Of a stretch of DNA of 64,000 bases, positions 27,583-37,745 are shown piece after piece. This DNA comes from an uncultured Candidatus Entotheonella sp. Lineage in GTDB: Bacteria; Tectomicrobia; Entotheonellia; Entotheonellales; Entotheonellaceae. The stretch covers positions 3,744,001-3,808,000 of the forward strand of contig OZ244252.1 of the NCBI GenBank assembly GCA_965217185.1. The letters run 5' to 3'. The notes under the pieces are model-generated. The model was given only the letters and a program-made list of their open reading frames with translations. It made no database searches and was not told the DNA's origin. The stretch's first letter is position 1. Each line of letters starts with the position of its first letter. The position numbers and the translations under genes are program-made.

Positions 27583-28566
27583 ATGACAACCCCAACATCC
27601 CAACCTGACCGGCGAGACCCGGAGCAGGATGTTCCTGCTCTGCAATGGGCGCCGGGATGTGAGCCACAGCACGTCGAGGCCATCGAGACGGCCAACCGCC
27701 TGTTCGGGTGCGTGCGCCAAGCCTTGCACAGGGTGTACCCGGATTCCGGGGTGCACCCTTTTTTGTTGCGCGGCGTGGGCGCCCCTTTGGCTGTGGGCGG
27801 CGCCATGGCCGTCTACAAGCTGACCGTGCAATACGATCAGCATGCCTTCTCCCTGGTCTGCAAAATTCCCCACCAACGGCGCCTCGTGTACACGGCGGAC
27901 GCCGACGCACAAGTCCAAGATGACGCCACTTCCGGCCTTCTCGATACACTCGCCCACCTTGCCGGCACCGTGAACCGCCATGCGGCCGGGGTGTTTCCGC
28001 GCTGCGGCGGCGCGTGGCATTGGCGCGATGACGCCGGCGTGCCGCGCCATCTGCTCATCGAGGCGTTCATTCCCGGTGCGTCGGTGGAGCGGTTGTTGCT
28101 TCAGTACGAGCAGCGACTGCTGGCCGGCGAGCTGGACGCCGACGCTTACGCGCAGCACCGGGCTGACGCCGAGCGGCTGGCGGTAGCGACCTACGTGCGG
28201 TTGTGGGACGCCCTGGGCCGGCGGCTGTTCACCTCCGATCCCAGTCCGTGGAACGTTCTGGTGCGTGATGCCGATGCAGCGGGGGACGGGGCCGGGAGCG
28301 CCACGATCATCGACCTGCACAGCTTGCAGGAAGACGCCGGCTTTTCTTACGTGGTGCAGCGCCTTGCCGCCGTGTACGGGTTGCGTGACGAGGTGCTGGA
28401 GCGGGCGTTGCTTCCCGGTATTGTTGAGGCGGTGGGACAGGAAGAAGGGCGGCGCTTGCTGCTGGACAGCCTGCCGTGTCTGGAAGCCGCTGCCGCGACG
28501 GCGCGCCGCAACCTCGGCGTCGATACCCTGCAACCGCTGCTGCGGCTGATCCGGCGTATGGAATAA
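27583..28566 (+). CDS. hypothetical protein, possible protein-kinase-like fold
   Basis: LVCKIP, LIEAFIPG, SDPSPWNVLV, IIDLH resemble kinase subdomains II, V, VIb and VII. Confidence 0.55.
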   Translation: MTTPTSQPDRRDPEQDVPALQWAPGCEPQHVEAIETANRLFGCVRQALHRVYPDSGVHPFLLRGVGAPLAVGGAMAVYKLTVQYDQHAFSLVCKIPHQRRLVYTADADAQVQDDATSGLLDTLAHLAGTVNRHAAGVFPRCGGAWHWRDDAGVPRHLLIEAFIPGASVERLLLQYEQRLLAGELDADAYAQHRADAERLAVATYVRLWDALGRRLFTSDPSPWNVLVRDADAAGDGAGSATIIDLHSLQEDAGFSYVVQRLAAVYGLRDEVLERALLPGIVEAVGQEEGRRLLLDSLPCLEAAAATARRNLGVDTLQPLLRLIRRME

Positions 28567-28572
28567 CGGATT

Positions 28573-28603
28573 TGTCGGATTACGCTGCGCTAATCCGACC
28601 TAC
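28573..28603 (-). repeat. GTAG-family REP element
   Basis: Reverse complement reads GTAGGTCGGATTAGCGCAGCGTAATCCGACA; its TAG is the stop codon of uup. Confidence 0.9.
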
Positions 28604-30489
28604 ACACTCTGCCGCTGCTCCAACTCGTCCCAGCGGGTATAGGCGGCATCGCGCTCGCCGTCCAGGGCCGTCAGCCGCTCCATGATGGCGTGGAAGGCCT
28701 TGGGATCCCTCTGGAAAAGTTGGGTGTCCTCAAGCTGGGCGTGCAGGATCGTCTGCTCGTTTTCCAGGGTTTCGATGGATTCCGGCAGCCCTTCGAGCTC
28801 GCGTTGCTCCTTGTAGGCCAGCGCTCGTCGTCGAGGCTGCTTGGTTGAGGCCGCCGCCGGACGCCGTTTGGCCGTGGGCGGCGCTTGCAAAGCCTGCTGC
28901 CAATCGCTGTATCCCCCGACATACTCCCGCACCCGCCCCTTGCCCTCGAAGGCATAAATCGACGTCACCACGCCGTCCAGAAAGGCGCGATCGTGGGATG
29001 CCAGCAGCAGGGTGCCGTCGTACTCCGCCAGCAATCCCTCCAACAGTTCCAGCGTCTCCGTGTCGAGATCGTTCGTCGGCTCATCCAGGACCAGGAGATT
29101 GGCCGGTTGCGTGAACAGCCGCGCCAGCAGCAGGCGGTTGCGCTCGCCGCCGGACAGGGTCTTGACCGGCGCCCGGATGCTCTGGCGTGGGAACAGGAAA
29201 TCCGCCAGATAACTGACCACGTGATGCGGCTTGCCGGCCACCATGACCTGATCGCCGCCGTGCGGGCAGAGGGTTTCCCACAGGGTGGCTTCGGGGTCCA
29301 ACTGGGCGCGCCGCTGATCGAAATAGACCTTTGACAGCTTGGTGCCGAAGCGCAGGCGTCCGGCGTCCGGCAGCAGTTCGCCCATGAGGATTTTGATCAG
29401 CGTCGATTTGCCGATGCCGTTCGGCCCGACCAGGCCGATGCGGTCGCCGCGCATGATGCGGGCCGAGAAATCGCGCAGCACCCCATAGTCGTCGAAAGTT
29501 TTGCTGATGCCCTCGGCGTCGACGACCATCTGGCCGGAGCGCGCGCCGCTGCTCAGGGTGAAACTGACCTGCCCCGCCACCTCGCGGCGTGCGCTCCGGC
29601 CTTCGCGCATGGCCATCAGGCGGCGCACGCGGCCTTCGTTACGCGTGCGGCGGGCGCGTACGCCTTGGCGTATCCAGACTTCCTCCTCCGCCAAGCGCTT
29701 GTCGAACTGCGCGGCTTCGGTGTCCTCAACGGCCAACAGGGCGTTTTTGTGCTCGCGGTAGGCCGTCCAGTTTGCGTGGAAGCGCCGCAGCCGCCCGCGG
29801 TCCAACTCGACGATGCCGGTGGCCAGGCGGTCGAGGAAGACGCGGTCGTGGGTGACGAAAACGAGCGTGCCGGGGAAGCTCAGCAGGTAGGATTCGAGCC
29901 ACTCGATGGAGCCGATGTCGAGATGGTTGGTCGGCTCGTCCAGGAGCAGCAATTCGGGATCGCCGACCAGGGCCTGTGCCAGGGCCACCCGGCGCTGCCA
30001 GCCGCTGGAAAGCGCGCCAACCCGTGCGGTGGGATCGAGTTGCAGCCGTGACAGCACGGTCTCCACCTGCGTGTGCAGGCGCCAGCCGTCCTGGCGCTCC
30101 AGTTCCGTCTGCAGGGTGTGCAGGCGCGTCATCAACGCCGTGGCCTCGGCGCCCTGCGCGACGGTCAGTTGGGCAGTGGCGTGGTGATAATCGGCGACGA
30201 CTTCACCCACCGCGCCCAGGGCATTGGTGAGCGCCTGCTCGACGGTGTGATCGGGATCAAGCACCGGCTCCTGCGGCACGAGCGCCAGGCGCAGCGCATG
30301 GGCGCGGTGCACCGTGCCGGCATCGGGCAGCAAATCGCCGGCCAGCAGCTTGAGGAGCGTGGATTTACCGCTGCCGTTGCGTCCCACCAAGGCGAGCCGC
30401 TCACCGGATTCGACTTGCAGCGCCGCCTCGTCCAGTAACGGCACGCGGTCGAAGGCCAGCGACACTTGTTCAAGGGCAAAAACTGCCAT
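28600..30489 (-). CDS. uup: ABC-F family ATPase Uup
   Basis: Two ABC cassettes, EEVWIRQGVRARRTRNEGRVRRL linker, LAYKEQREL C-terminal domain. Confidence 0.93.
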   Translation of the reverse strand: MAVFALEQVSLAFDRVPLLDEAALQVESGERLALVGRNGSGKSTLLKLLAGDLLPDAGTVHRAHALRLALVPQEPVLDPDHTVEQALTNALGAVGEVVADYHHATAQLTVAQGAEATALMTRLHTLQTELERQDGWRLHTQVETVLSRLQLDPTARVGALSSGWQRRVALAQALVGDPELLLLDEPTNHLDIGSIEWLESYLLSFPGTLVFVTHDRVFLDRLATGIVELDRGRLRRFHANWTAYREHKNALLAVEDTEAAQFDKRLAEEEVWIRQGVRARRTRNEGRVRRLMAMREGRSARREVAGQVSFTLSSGARSGQMVVDAEGISKTFDDYGVLRDFSARIMRGDRIGLVGPNGIGKSTLIKILMGELLPDAGRLRFGTKLSKVYFDQRRAQLDPEATLWETLCPHGGDQVMVAGKPHHVVSYLADFLFPRQSIRAPVKTLSGGERNRLLLARLFTQPANLLVLDEPTNDLDTETLELLEGLLAEYDGTLLLASHDRAFLDGVVTSIYAFEGKGRVREYVGGYSDWQQALQAPPTAKRRPAAASTKQPRRRALAYKEQRELEGLPESIETLENEQTILHAQLEDTQLFQRDPKAFHAIMERLTALDGERDAAYTRWDELEQRQSV

Positions 30490-30549
30490 CGTGTCTCAAT
30501 TCATGAAATACGTGCGAGGGAGGTTGAATCCGCCCTGCGCCGGCCCGGG

Positions 30550-31509
30550 TTAGACCGGCAGCAGGCCGTGCTTCTTGCGCATGGCGTTGATAGTGGCCCG
30601 GAAGCCGTCTTCCATGGTGAATTGCGGGCTGTAGCCAATGGCGGCCTCGGTCACCGAGGGGTCGTAGTTCATGCTGCCGACCGAGTGGCCGTCCTCGACC
30701 CGTAGGTCGGCGTCGGGCAGCAGCCGTTTGACGAACGCCACGGCGTCGCGCATCGATCCGGTGGTGCCGCAGATGGTGAGGCCCGACAGCGGGCACGGCG
30801 GCGCCTCGGTGGCCAGGTGGATGGCGCGGCCCACGTCTTCGGCGTATAGGAAATCCGGCGCGTCGTTGCCGTTGCGGATGACACCGGGTTCGCCGATGGC
30901 CGGCTTTTCCAGCAACTCGGTCATGAAATCGGCGCCCGTGCCGCGCGCCATGGTTAATGCCTTGCCGTAGCCGTAAACGACGGTGAAGCGCAGGCCGATG
31001 TTGTCGAGGCCGCGCTGGTTCTTGTAGTGCATGCCGAGGCTCTCGTTGAACGACTTGACGGCGCCGTAGAGGCCGGTCGGCTCGTGGTGGGCGTTGTTCT
31101 CGATGAATCCCTCGCGCTCCCCGGATATGCCGAACACGGCCACCGAACTGGCCCACACGACCTTGCTGACGCCCAACGCCAGCGCCGCCTCGAAGACGTT
31201 CAGCGTGCCCTCGCAATTGACTTTCAGCGTCCGCAATGGGTTGACCTCGCTGCTGACGCTTAGCGTGGCCGCCAGATGCACGACCCGCTGCGCCTGCGCG
31301 CTTCCCATGGCCCGCAACACGGCCGGCAGATCGGTCACGTCGCCGCTTATCAACTGCACCTCGTCCGCCGCCGGGCCGCCAAGCACGTCGGCCAAGTACT
31401 CCCGGTTCAGCATCAGATCGAACACCGTCACCCGGTGGCCCGCCTCGACCAGCGCCTTCACCGCGTAGGCACCCACGAAACCCGTTCCGCCTGTTACGAG
31501 GTAATTCAC
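30550..31509 (-). CDS. NAD-dependent epimerase/dehydratase
   Basis: TGGTGFVG, VVHLAA, ASSVAVFG, YGAVK. Confidence 0.92.
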   Translation of the reverse strand: MNYLVTGGTGFVGAYAVKALVEAGHRVTVFDLMLNREYLADVLGGPAADEVQLISGDVTDLPAVLRAMGSAQAQRVVHLAATLSVSSEVNPLRTLKVNCEGTLNVFEAALALGVSKVVWASSVAVFGISGEREGFIENNAHHEPTGLYGAVKSFNESLGMHYKNQRGLDNIGLRFTVVYGYGKALTMARGTGADFMTELLEKPAIGEPGVIRNGNDAPDFLYAEDVGRAIHLATEAPPCPLSGLTICGTTGSMRDAVAFVKRLLPDADLRVEDGHSVGSMNYDPSVTEAAIGYSPQFTMEDGFRATINAMRKKHGLLPV

Positions 31510-31711
31510 GTCTCACTCCCCCAGCCGTGTGGTTTGAACGTACTCTCAGACCTTCATGAAGCCCGCCGGATGATATCGCACCCCTCCCAGCCGGGCAACA
31601 CGCCCGCCCCGGTTCGGCGGCGCTAGATTTCCGTCTGGTAAAATGATGCGGCTTACGAGTACGATGCGCTGTCGAGTCGTCAGCCTGTGACGGATATCTG
31701 GAGAATACGTG

Positions 31712-32089
31712 ATGTGGGCATGGGTCAAAGAGAACGGCACGGGGTTGCTTGCTATTGCTGCAGTGTTAACTTTACTGTTCAACGTGGTGAGCGCCAGGAT
31801 CGACACCAAGTTCGAGGCCATGAACCAACGCTTCGACGATCTGATTCAGAGCATGAATCAGCGCTTTGACGCTGTTGACCAGCGTTTTGTGGATCTGATT
31901 CAGAGCACGAACCAGCGTTTTGATGCCGTTGACCAGCGTATGGACCGCATGACCGACTCGATCGATGCGCTACACGGCGACCTTGTGCGGCTTGGTGAGC
32001 GCGTATCCAGCAACAAAGGCGCGCTGGATTTGCTGAGCCAGCAGATACAACGAATATCGGCCCCCCCTGGTGGTGATGCGACCCCTTGA
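31712..32089 (+). CDS. membrane-anchored coiled-coil repeat protein
   Basis: N-terminal TM helix then (M/T)NQRFDAVDQR and DLIQS repeats with an 18-aa period. Confidence 0.75.
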   Translation: MWAWVKENGTGLLAIAAVLTLLFNVVSARIDTKFEAMNQRFDDLIQSMNQRFDAVDQRFVDLIQSTNQRFDAVDQRMDRMTDSIDALHGDLVRLGERVSSNKGALDLLSQQIQRISAPPGGDATP

Positions 32090-32424
32090 GAAGTCGTTTT
32101 CCGCCGCGATCTCGCCTTAACTCCTACTCCCGGATGCCCTCGAACCCACGCCGTTTTCAATCCTACCTCCCGAATCCCAACTTGGATAAATCGGGACGCC
32201 TGCCTGGGCATGTGAGGGATGTCGTGTAGCTGATAGAGATCGTTCGCGATGCTGTACAATCCGATCAGGAAAGGGGCCAGGCGCAAAACGCTGGTCAGCG
32301 TTCTTAACGCTTGGTTAACCAGCTTATACGATCTTGGGTGCTTCCCGCCGCTCGTTACCTGATAGGGTGCATCACCCGCGCCGGAGGGAGTGGCTGAAGA
32401 AGAGGCAGGAGCCGGGATAGCACG

Positions 32425-33015
32425 ATGAACACACCGTCGCATTTTCTGATGACCGCCGCTCTGCGCCGTGCCTGGAAGCACCAGCCGCCACCCGCCAGCG
32501 CCTTCCTGCTGGGGTCGGTGGCGCCCGACATCGCGCTGTACCTGCTGTCCCTCGGCGGCGCCCTCCACTTCCGCTATCTGCTGGGCTGGAGCGCCGAGGC
32601 GACGTGGCGCCACCTGTTCGACACCCTCTATTTCCACAACCCGTTCTGGATCGCCGCCCACAATTTGCTGCACTCTCCAACCGTGCTGATCATCGCTTTG
32701 GTTATCCTGTGGCGCGCCCAGGGCCTGCGGGGGGCCCCGCGGCGCTGGCTGCGCTGGTTCCTGGCCGCGTGCCTGCTGCACAGCTTCGTGGACGTGCTGA
32801 CGCACGTCGATGACGGCCCGTTGCTGTTTTTCCCCTTCGAGTGGACGATACGTTTTGAAAGCCCCGTCAGCTATTGGGACAGCCGCCATTACGGCACGCA
32901 GTTCGCCGTTTTCGAGCTGACGCTCGACGTACTTCTCATCGCTTATCTCTGTCTGCCGCCTCTGTGGCGCCTGGCGCGGGCGCGCTTGGTGCGAGCACCG
33001 TTATCCGACAACTGA
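32425..33015 (+). CDS. membrane metal-dependent hydrolase (YdjM-like)
   Basis: MNTPSH, GSVAPD, HNLLHS and LHSFVDVLTH.DDG motifs with TM segments. Confidence 0.75.
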   Translation: MNTPSHFLMTAALRRAWKHQPPPASAFLLGSVAPDIALYLLSLGGALHFRYLLGWSAEATWRHLFDTLYFHNPFWIAAHNLLHSPTVLIIALVILWRAQGLRGAPRRWLRWFLAACLLHSFVDVLTHVDDGPLLFFPFEWTIRFESPVSYWDSRHYGTQFAVFELTLDVLLIAYLCLPPLWRLARARLVRAPLSDN

Positions 33016-33051
33016 CGCATCACCGCACGGCCTTACGATGAAGGATTTACG

Positions 33052-35145
33052 ATGATCACTTTGCCGCCATACTGCCGGGACCCCTTCACCTACCACCGCC
33101 GCAAAACGCGCGTCGTCAACGTCGGCGACGTGCCGCTCGGCGGCGACCACCCGATTCGCCTGCAATCGATGACCATCAGCGACACCATGGACACCGACGC
33201 TGCGGTGGCCGAAACCGTCCAGTTGGTCGACGCCGGCTGCGAGTTGGTGCGGCTGACGGCGCCGTCCCTCAACGAGGCCGAGAACCTGCGCCACATCAAG
33301 GCCGCCCTGAATCGCCGGGGCGTGCGCGTGCCGCTGATCGCCGACATCCACTTCACCCCCAACGCGGCGCTCAAGGCGGCGGAGTACGTGGAGAAGGTGC
33401 GCATCAACCCCGGCAACTACGCCGACAAGAAGAAGTTCGCCGAGCGCGAGTATACCGACAGCGAATACGAGGCCGAGCTCGAACGCATCGAGCAGCGCTT
33501 CAGGCCGCTGGTGCTGAAGCTCAAGCAGTACGGCGTCGCCATGCGCATCGGCACCAACCACGGCTCGCTGTCCGACCGCATCATGAATCGCTTCGGCGAC
33601 ACGCCGCAGGGCATGGTCGAATCGGCCCTGGAGTTCGTGCGCATCTGCCGGCGCTACGACTACCACGACATCATCCTGTCCATGAAGGCGTCCAACCCGC
33701 TGGTGATGATCCAGGCATACCGGCTGCTGGCGGCCCGGATGGACGAGGAGGGCATGGATTACCCCTTCCACCTCGGCGTCACCGAGGCGGGCGACGGCGT
33801 GGAAGGCCGGGTGAAGTCGGCCATCGGCATTGGCGCGCTGTTGGAGGACGGCATCGGCGACACCATCCGCGTGTCGCTCACCGAGGACGCGGTCTGCGAG
33901 CTCCCGGCGGCCTACGCCATCGCAGCGCCGTATAATCGCCGCCAAACGCGCGCCGAGTCCGACACCCCCCTCTCTCTGGGAGGGGGTAGGGGGAGGGAAC
34001 TTTTCGACGAACGCCGCAATCCATACGGCTACGACCGGCGCTTCAGCCACGAGATCGGCCTCGGCAGCCTTGCCATGGGCGGCGGCCAGCCGGTGCGTGT
34101 CGAATTGGCGACCACCGTCTCCGTGACCGACCTTGACGGCACCCTGGCCCAGATCGACGCGCTGACCGTTCCGGCGCAACCCAACGATCCGGTATGCGAG
34201 GTTGTCCGGCTGCGCGCCGAGACCCCGGACGAATTGCACGCCCTGACCGGCCTGAACGAGCGGTTGCGGCAAAACCCCGAAACGCCGTTGCTATCGCTGT
34301 GCGTGCCGCTGGCCGACCTCGCCGACGTGCCGCCGCTTGCCGGACTGGTCAAAATCGTGACCGCGCCGCCGTGCGAGGACGACCCGGCCGTTTGGGACCA
34401 GCATGTACGGCGAGCCCTCATGGGGTCGCAACAGCACGGGACCGCCCTCGAATGGCGCCTGAGCCCGGCGTCCGTTCCGCCGTTCATCCGCGACCCGCAC
34501 GGCTCCACCCTGGCCGGACTGGCCCACACCGCCGGCCGCCTTGCCGAGCTTGCCAGCCTGTTCCAGCCTTGCCTGGTTGTGTTCTCTCTCGACGTCCCCG
34601 AGCCGCTGCCGGCCTATCGCTATCTGGCCGCCCACCTCGACGCTCATGGCCACGCCTGCCCCTTGCACCTGAAGACCACGCTGCACGGCCGCGACGACCG
34701 CCTTTACCAGGCCGCCATTCAACTCGGCGCCCTGCTGTGCGACGGCTTTGGCGACAGCATCCAGATCGCCAGCGACGCCGCGCCGGCCGAGGCCGTGCGC
34801 CTCAGCTACACTATCCTGCAGGCCGCCCGCCTGCGCATGTCCAAGACCGAGTTCATCTCCTGCCCGTCCTGTGGACGCACGCTGTTCAACCTGCAAACCA
34901 CCACCGAGCGCATCAAGTCGCGCATGTCCCACCTCAAGGACGTCAAAATCGCCATCATGGGCTGCATCGTCAACGGTCCCGGCGAAATGGCCGACGCCGA
35001 CTTCGGCTATGTGGGCTCCGGCCCCGGCAAGATCAGCCTCTACGTCGGCAAGGAATGCGTCGAGCGCAGCATCCCCTCCGACCAAGCCGAAGAGCGGCTG
35101 CTCCAGCTCATCAAGGACCACGGCAAGTGGGTGGATGCGGTTTGA
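33052..35145 (+). CDS. ispG: (E)-4-hydroxy-3-methylbut-2-enyl diphosphate synthase, long three-domain type
   Basis: IRLQSMT, IADIHF, RINPGN, RIGTNHGSL, HLGVTEAG, GDTIRVSLT, SCPSCGRT, IMGCIVNGPGE. Confidence 0.97.
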   Translation: MITLPPYCRDPFTYHRRKTRVVNVGDVPLGGDHPIRLQSMTISDTMDTDAAVAETVQLVDAGCELVRLTAPSLNEAENLRHIKAALNRRGVRVPLIADIHFTPNAALKAAEYVEKVRINPGNYADKKKFAEREYTDSEYEAELERIEQRFRPLVLKLKQYGVAMRIGTNHGSLSDRIMNRFGDTPQGMVESALEFVRICRRYDYHDIILSMKASNPLVMIQAYRLLAARMDEEGMDYPFHLGVTEAGDGVEGRVKSAIGIGALLEDGIGDTIRVSLTEDAVCELPAAYAIAAPYNRRQTRAESDTPLSLGGGRGRELFDERRNPYGYDRRFSHEIGLGSLAMGGGQPVRVELATTVSVTDLDGTLAQIDALTVPAQPNDPVCEVVRLRAETPDELHALTGLNERLRQNPETPLLSLCVPLADLADVPPLAGLVKIVTAPPCEDDPAVWDQHVRRALMGSQQHGTALEWRLSPASVPPFIRDPHGSTLAGLAHTAGRLAELASLFQPCLVVFSLDVPEPLPAYRYLAAHLDAHGHACPLHLKTTLHGRDDRLYQAAIQLGALLCDGFGDSIQIASDAAPAEAVRLSYTILQAARLRMSKTEFISCPSCGRTLFNLQTTTERIKSRMSHLKDVKIAIMGCIVNGPGEMADADFGYVGSGPGKISLYVGKECVERSIPSDQAEERLLQLIKDHGKWVDAV

Positions 35146-35176
35146 AACTACCGAACGGAGAGCACTCGAGCCTGAG

Positions 35177-36650
35177 CTCGACTTTGTACGAATTTGGTCA
35201 AGTCAGTGCGTGTAACAGGCCGATTGCATCAAGCCCTGCAGATAGACCCGAGGGATTTCTACCCACTCGGTATCGGGCGTTGATGTTGAAAAATACTCGA
35301 CCTTCCACAGGTGCTGCCGTACCGCTGCCAAAGCGTCGCTGAACGTCGCCTGCTCCTTGGCATACCAAGCACTCTGTCGCACCGCCAAGCGACCGTCCAG
35401 ATACAGGCCATGAGCCAGCAGCGCCACCAGCGAATACAAGCTCAGCAGACACGGCGTGGTCCGTTCAATCGCCAAGTCAGACCACTGACGCTGGGTCTCA
35501 AAGCCCAAGTGGGCACGGCTCTCTTCGAAGGTCGTCTCAATGCTCCAGCGCTTGATGAAACACGCCACGACATCGCCTGCCTGGTCACCGGGACACGTCG
35601 AGAAGAAGGCCCGTGGTGGGGGCACTGAGCGTCACAGGGACGTACCAGGACCCACCGCAGCGGCAGCACTGGCTGGCCGCTGCGGTACCATAGTGCCGTG
35701 CCGCTACTGACCTGCAACCGTCGCACGCGGCCATCGTACCAGCGTACACGCAGGCATTGCCAAGGAGTCGCCGCGTCGTGCAGGCGCTCGGCCAAACTGG
35801 GCAGCCGCTTGCCCTTGTGACGGGGTCGTCCCCGCGTGCCCGGCTGGCGAGGCGGCGGCGCTTCGTGAAGCACCGCATCGAGGCGCAAGGGGGCAATCAG
35901 GCGCACCTCACACTGCCGGCAGGCATGCCCGAGCTCGACGACACTGTAGGATTGATCCCCAAGCACGGTGATGGCGACTTGCGGCAACCAACGGCGCACC
36001 ACCCGAATCATCTGGCGTGCCCACTGGGCGACGGTCTTGTGTCTCAGTCCCAGGCGCTCACTGACTTGTGGCGTTGGCGCCGGCACGCTCAAGATAGGTA
36101 AAGCCCAACAACGGTTGTTCCAGGGTGGCGTGACAACCAGGGTCAGCACGATCCAGCGAAGGCCACTGGTGCTGACGGTGCGCTTGCGGCTGGAAGCCAG
36201 CGGGTCGCGGTAATGACCGCGCTTGCTGATACGTCGGCCCCAGCGCCTCTCCAGAGTTTCATCAATGACGAACGTGAGGCTGCCGCCAGCAGCGTCGAAG
36301 GTCTGCACCAGCAAGGACAGCAGACAGCGACTGCCTTTGAGAGCGGACCAGCGGGCACGGTTGAACACCTGATGGTAGAGACTGAAGGACGGCGTGTCGT
36401 CCTGTCCGGTGTGTCTCAGGGCTGCCGTCACGGTGCGTCGTCCGTGGGCCAGCAAAGTTCCGATGAAAAGGCGTTGGACTTTGCGCCAAGTGGGTGCGCT
36501 GAAGAGACTTTGAAAGGGCGCCAGCACGGTGCTACTGTTTGCTGAAGGGGACATCGCTGACCTCGCTGCAAGATGGTTTGGGTGGAAACTGCCATCCTAC
36601 AACACAGGGGTGATGTCCCTGGATACTTCCTCATTTTGTACAAAGTCGAG
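35177..36650 (-). mobile_element. 1474-bp insertion sequence (IS701/IS4-like DDE) with TIRs and 5-bp target duplication
   Basis: Ends CTCGACTTTGTAC (35177) and GTACAAAGTCGAG (36650) are perfect inverted repeats; CTGAG is directly repeated at 35172-35176 and 36651-36655. Confidence 0.93.
35203..36554 (-). pseudogene. DDE transposase, frameshifted at the G5 run 35618-35622
   Basis: VIDETLERR, LGDQSY, RWSIETTFEESRAHLG.ETQRQW motifs split over ORFs 35442..36554 and 35203..35625. Confidence 0.88.
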
Positions 36651-36667
36651 CTGAGGGGAGTATAGGC

Positions 36668-37741
36668 ATGCGTGAAATTTACCTGTGGACGGATTGGTTC
36701 ACGGAGCTCGCGGGCAAGATTGCTGATGGCGGCGAGAGGTATCTCATCGACCGTGCGAAGCGGGTTGCTTGGAGAACTGACGAAACAAAACCGCCTCTTC
36801 TGGACCCAGACTACGGCGACGAGAACATTGATCCGTTCTCATTCTTATACAGCCTCGCGGCCCAAAATAGGGGACGAGAAAGCAGGAGGCAGGTATATCT
36901 GAGCATCGTTGATGTCTTCGGCATCCACGCCCCGCTTCCAATTGACTCCGACGATGCGTTTTTCTTTCCCACGCCAAATCGCCAGAACCTGCTCTTTCAT
37001 AACAAGGGTTCGGGTAATCCGAAGTTACTTTGGCGACTGTTCCGGCGTGCGGTTTTGGGCGTAGAGTCAGTGGAAGCTCAGGACTTCGACGGCGCGCTGG
37101 AAATCGGCCAAGTTGCGATAAGAAAACTGACTCAGGCGCTCTTTCTTATAAACCCGTCGGCGTTCTTACCTTACGATAACTGGACGCGCTCCCTGGGCGT
37201 TTCCAATCTCTCAGGGAACATCAAATGGATGCAGTACCAAGAGGAACTGCAGAAGTTTCGTGACGCCTTTCCCGGCTGTGCATTCTACGAGATCAACTTG
37301 TTTGCCTATCTATGCAAAAGCGGGAAACTGCCTATTCGTGACAGGTACTTTCAGGTCAGCACAAATGCTTGGGGCGAGGGTGAGGGCGACTTCTGGCAAG
37401 ACGTTGATCCAAATCTTGATTTTGAACCGAACAACTGGGTCTTTACCGGAGGACCCAAAAGCGGAAAGGATTGGACGTACAAGCCAAAGGAGGGTGATGG
37501 TAGCTACTCGTTGCGTGATCCAGTACCCGGCGACGTGATACTTGTTAGAACTGGGTCGCAAGGGCGCGGCATTGGAATCGTCTACAAGAATGACTACCAG
37601 AATCGCCTCGCTGAGGACAGCAGGATACATGTTGTGTGGGTGAATAAAGCTGATTGCGCTCTTCGCAGGCAGGGCCGAGGGCTACTACGGGGATTTTCAT
37701 ACGCGTGGGAGGCGACGAAACGGAGTTTTAAGGAGGCATAG
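36668..37741 (+). CDS. putative McrB N-terminal (DNA-recognition) part, encoded separately
   Basis: WFTELAGKI...NIDPFSF N-terminus resembles McrB-type N-terminal regions; it directly precedes a GTPase-only mcrB. Confidence 0.65.
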   Translation: MREIYLWTDWFTELAGKIADGGERYLIDRAKRVAWRTDETKPPLLDPDYGDENIDPFSFLYSLAAQNRGRESRRQVYLSIVDVFGIHAPLPIDSDDAFFFPTPNRQNLLFHNKGSGNPKLLWRLFRRAVLGVESVEAQDFDGALEIGQVAIRKLTQALFLINPSAFLPYDNWTRSLGVSNLSGNIKWMQYQEELQKFRDAFPGCAFYEINLFAYLCKSGKLPIRDRYFQVSTNAWGEGEGDFWQDVDPNLDFEPNNWVFTGGPKSGKDWTYKPKEGDGSYSLRDPVPGDVILVRTGSQGRGIGIVYKNDYQNRLAEDSRIHVVWVNKADCALRRQGRGLLRGFSYAWEATKRSFKEA

Positions 37742-37745
37742 CCGT

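Noticed and set aside
32090..32424. Small gene or ncRNA between the coiled-coil gene and the hydrolase
   Set aside because: No convincing start/RBS or recognisable RNA motif by eye.
33052..35145. Unusually long IspG as a novelty
   Set aside because: The three-domain IspG form with an inserted domain is already known from several bacterial phyla and plastids.
35610..35630. Programmed frameshift in the transposase
   Set aside because: No A-rich slippery heptamer, and this transposase type is normally a single ORF; an indel is more likely.
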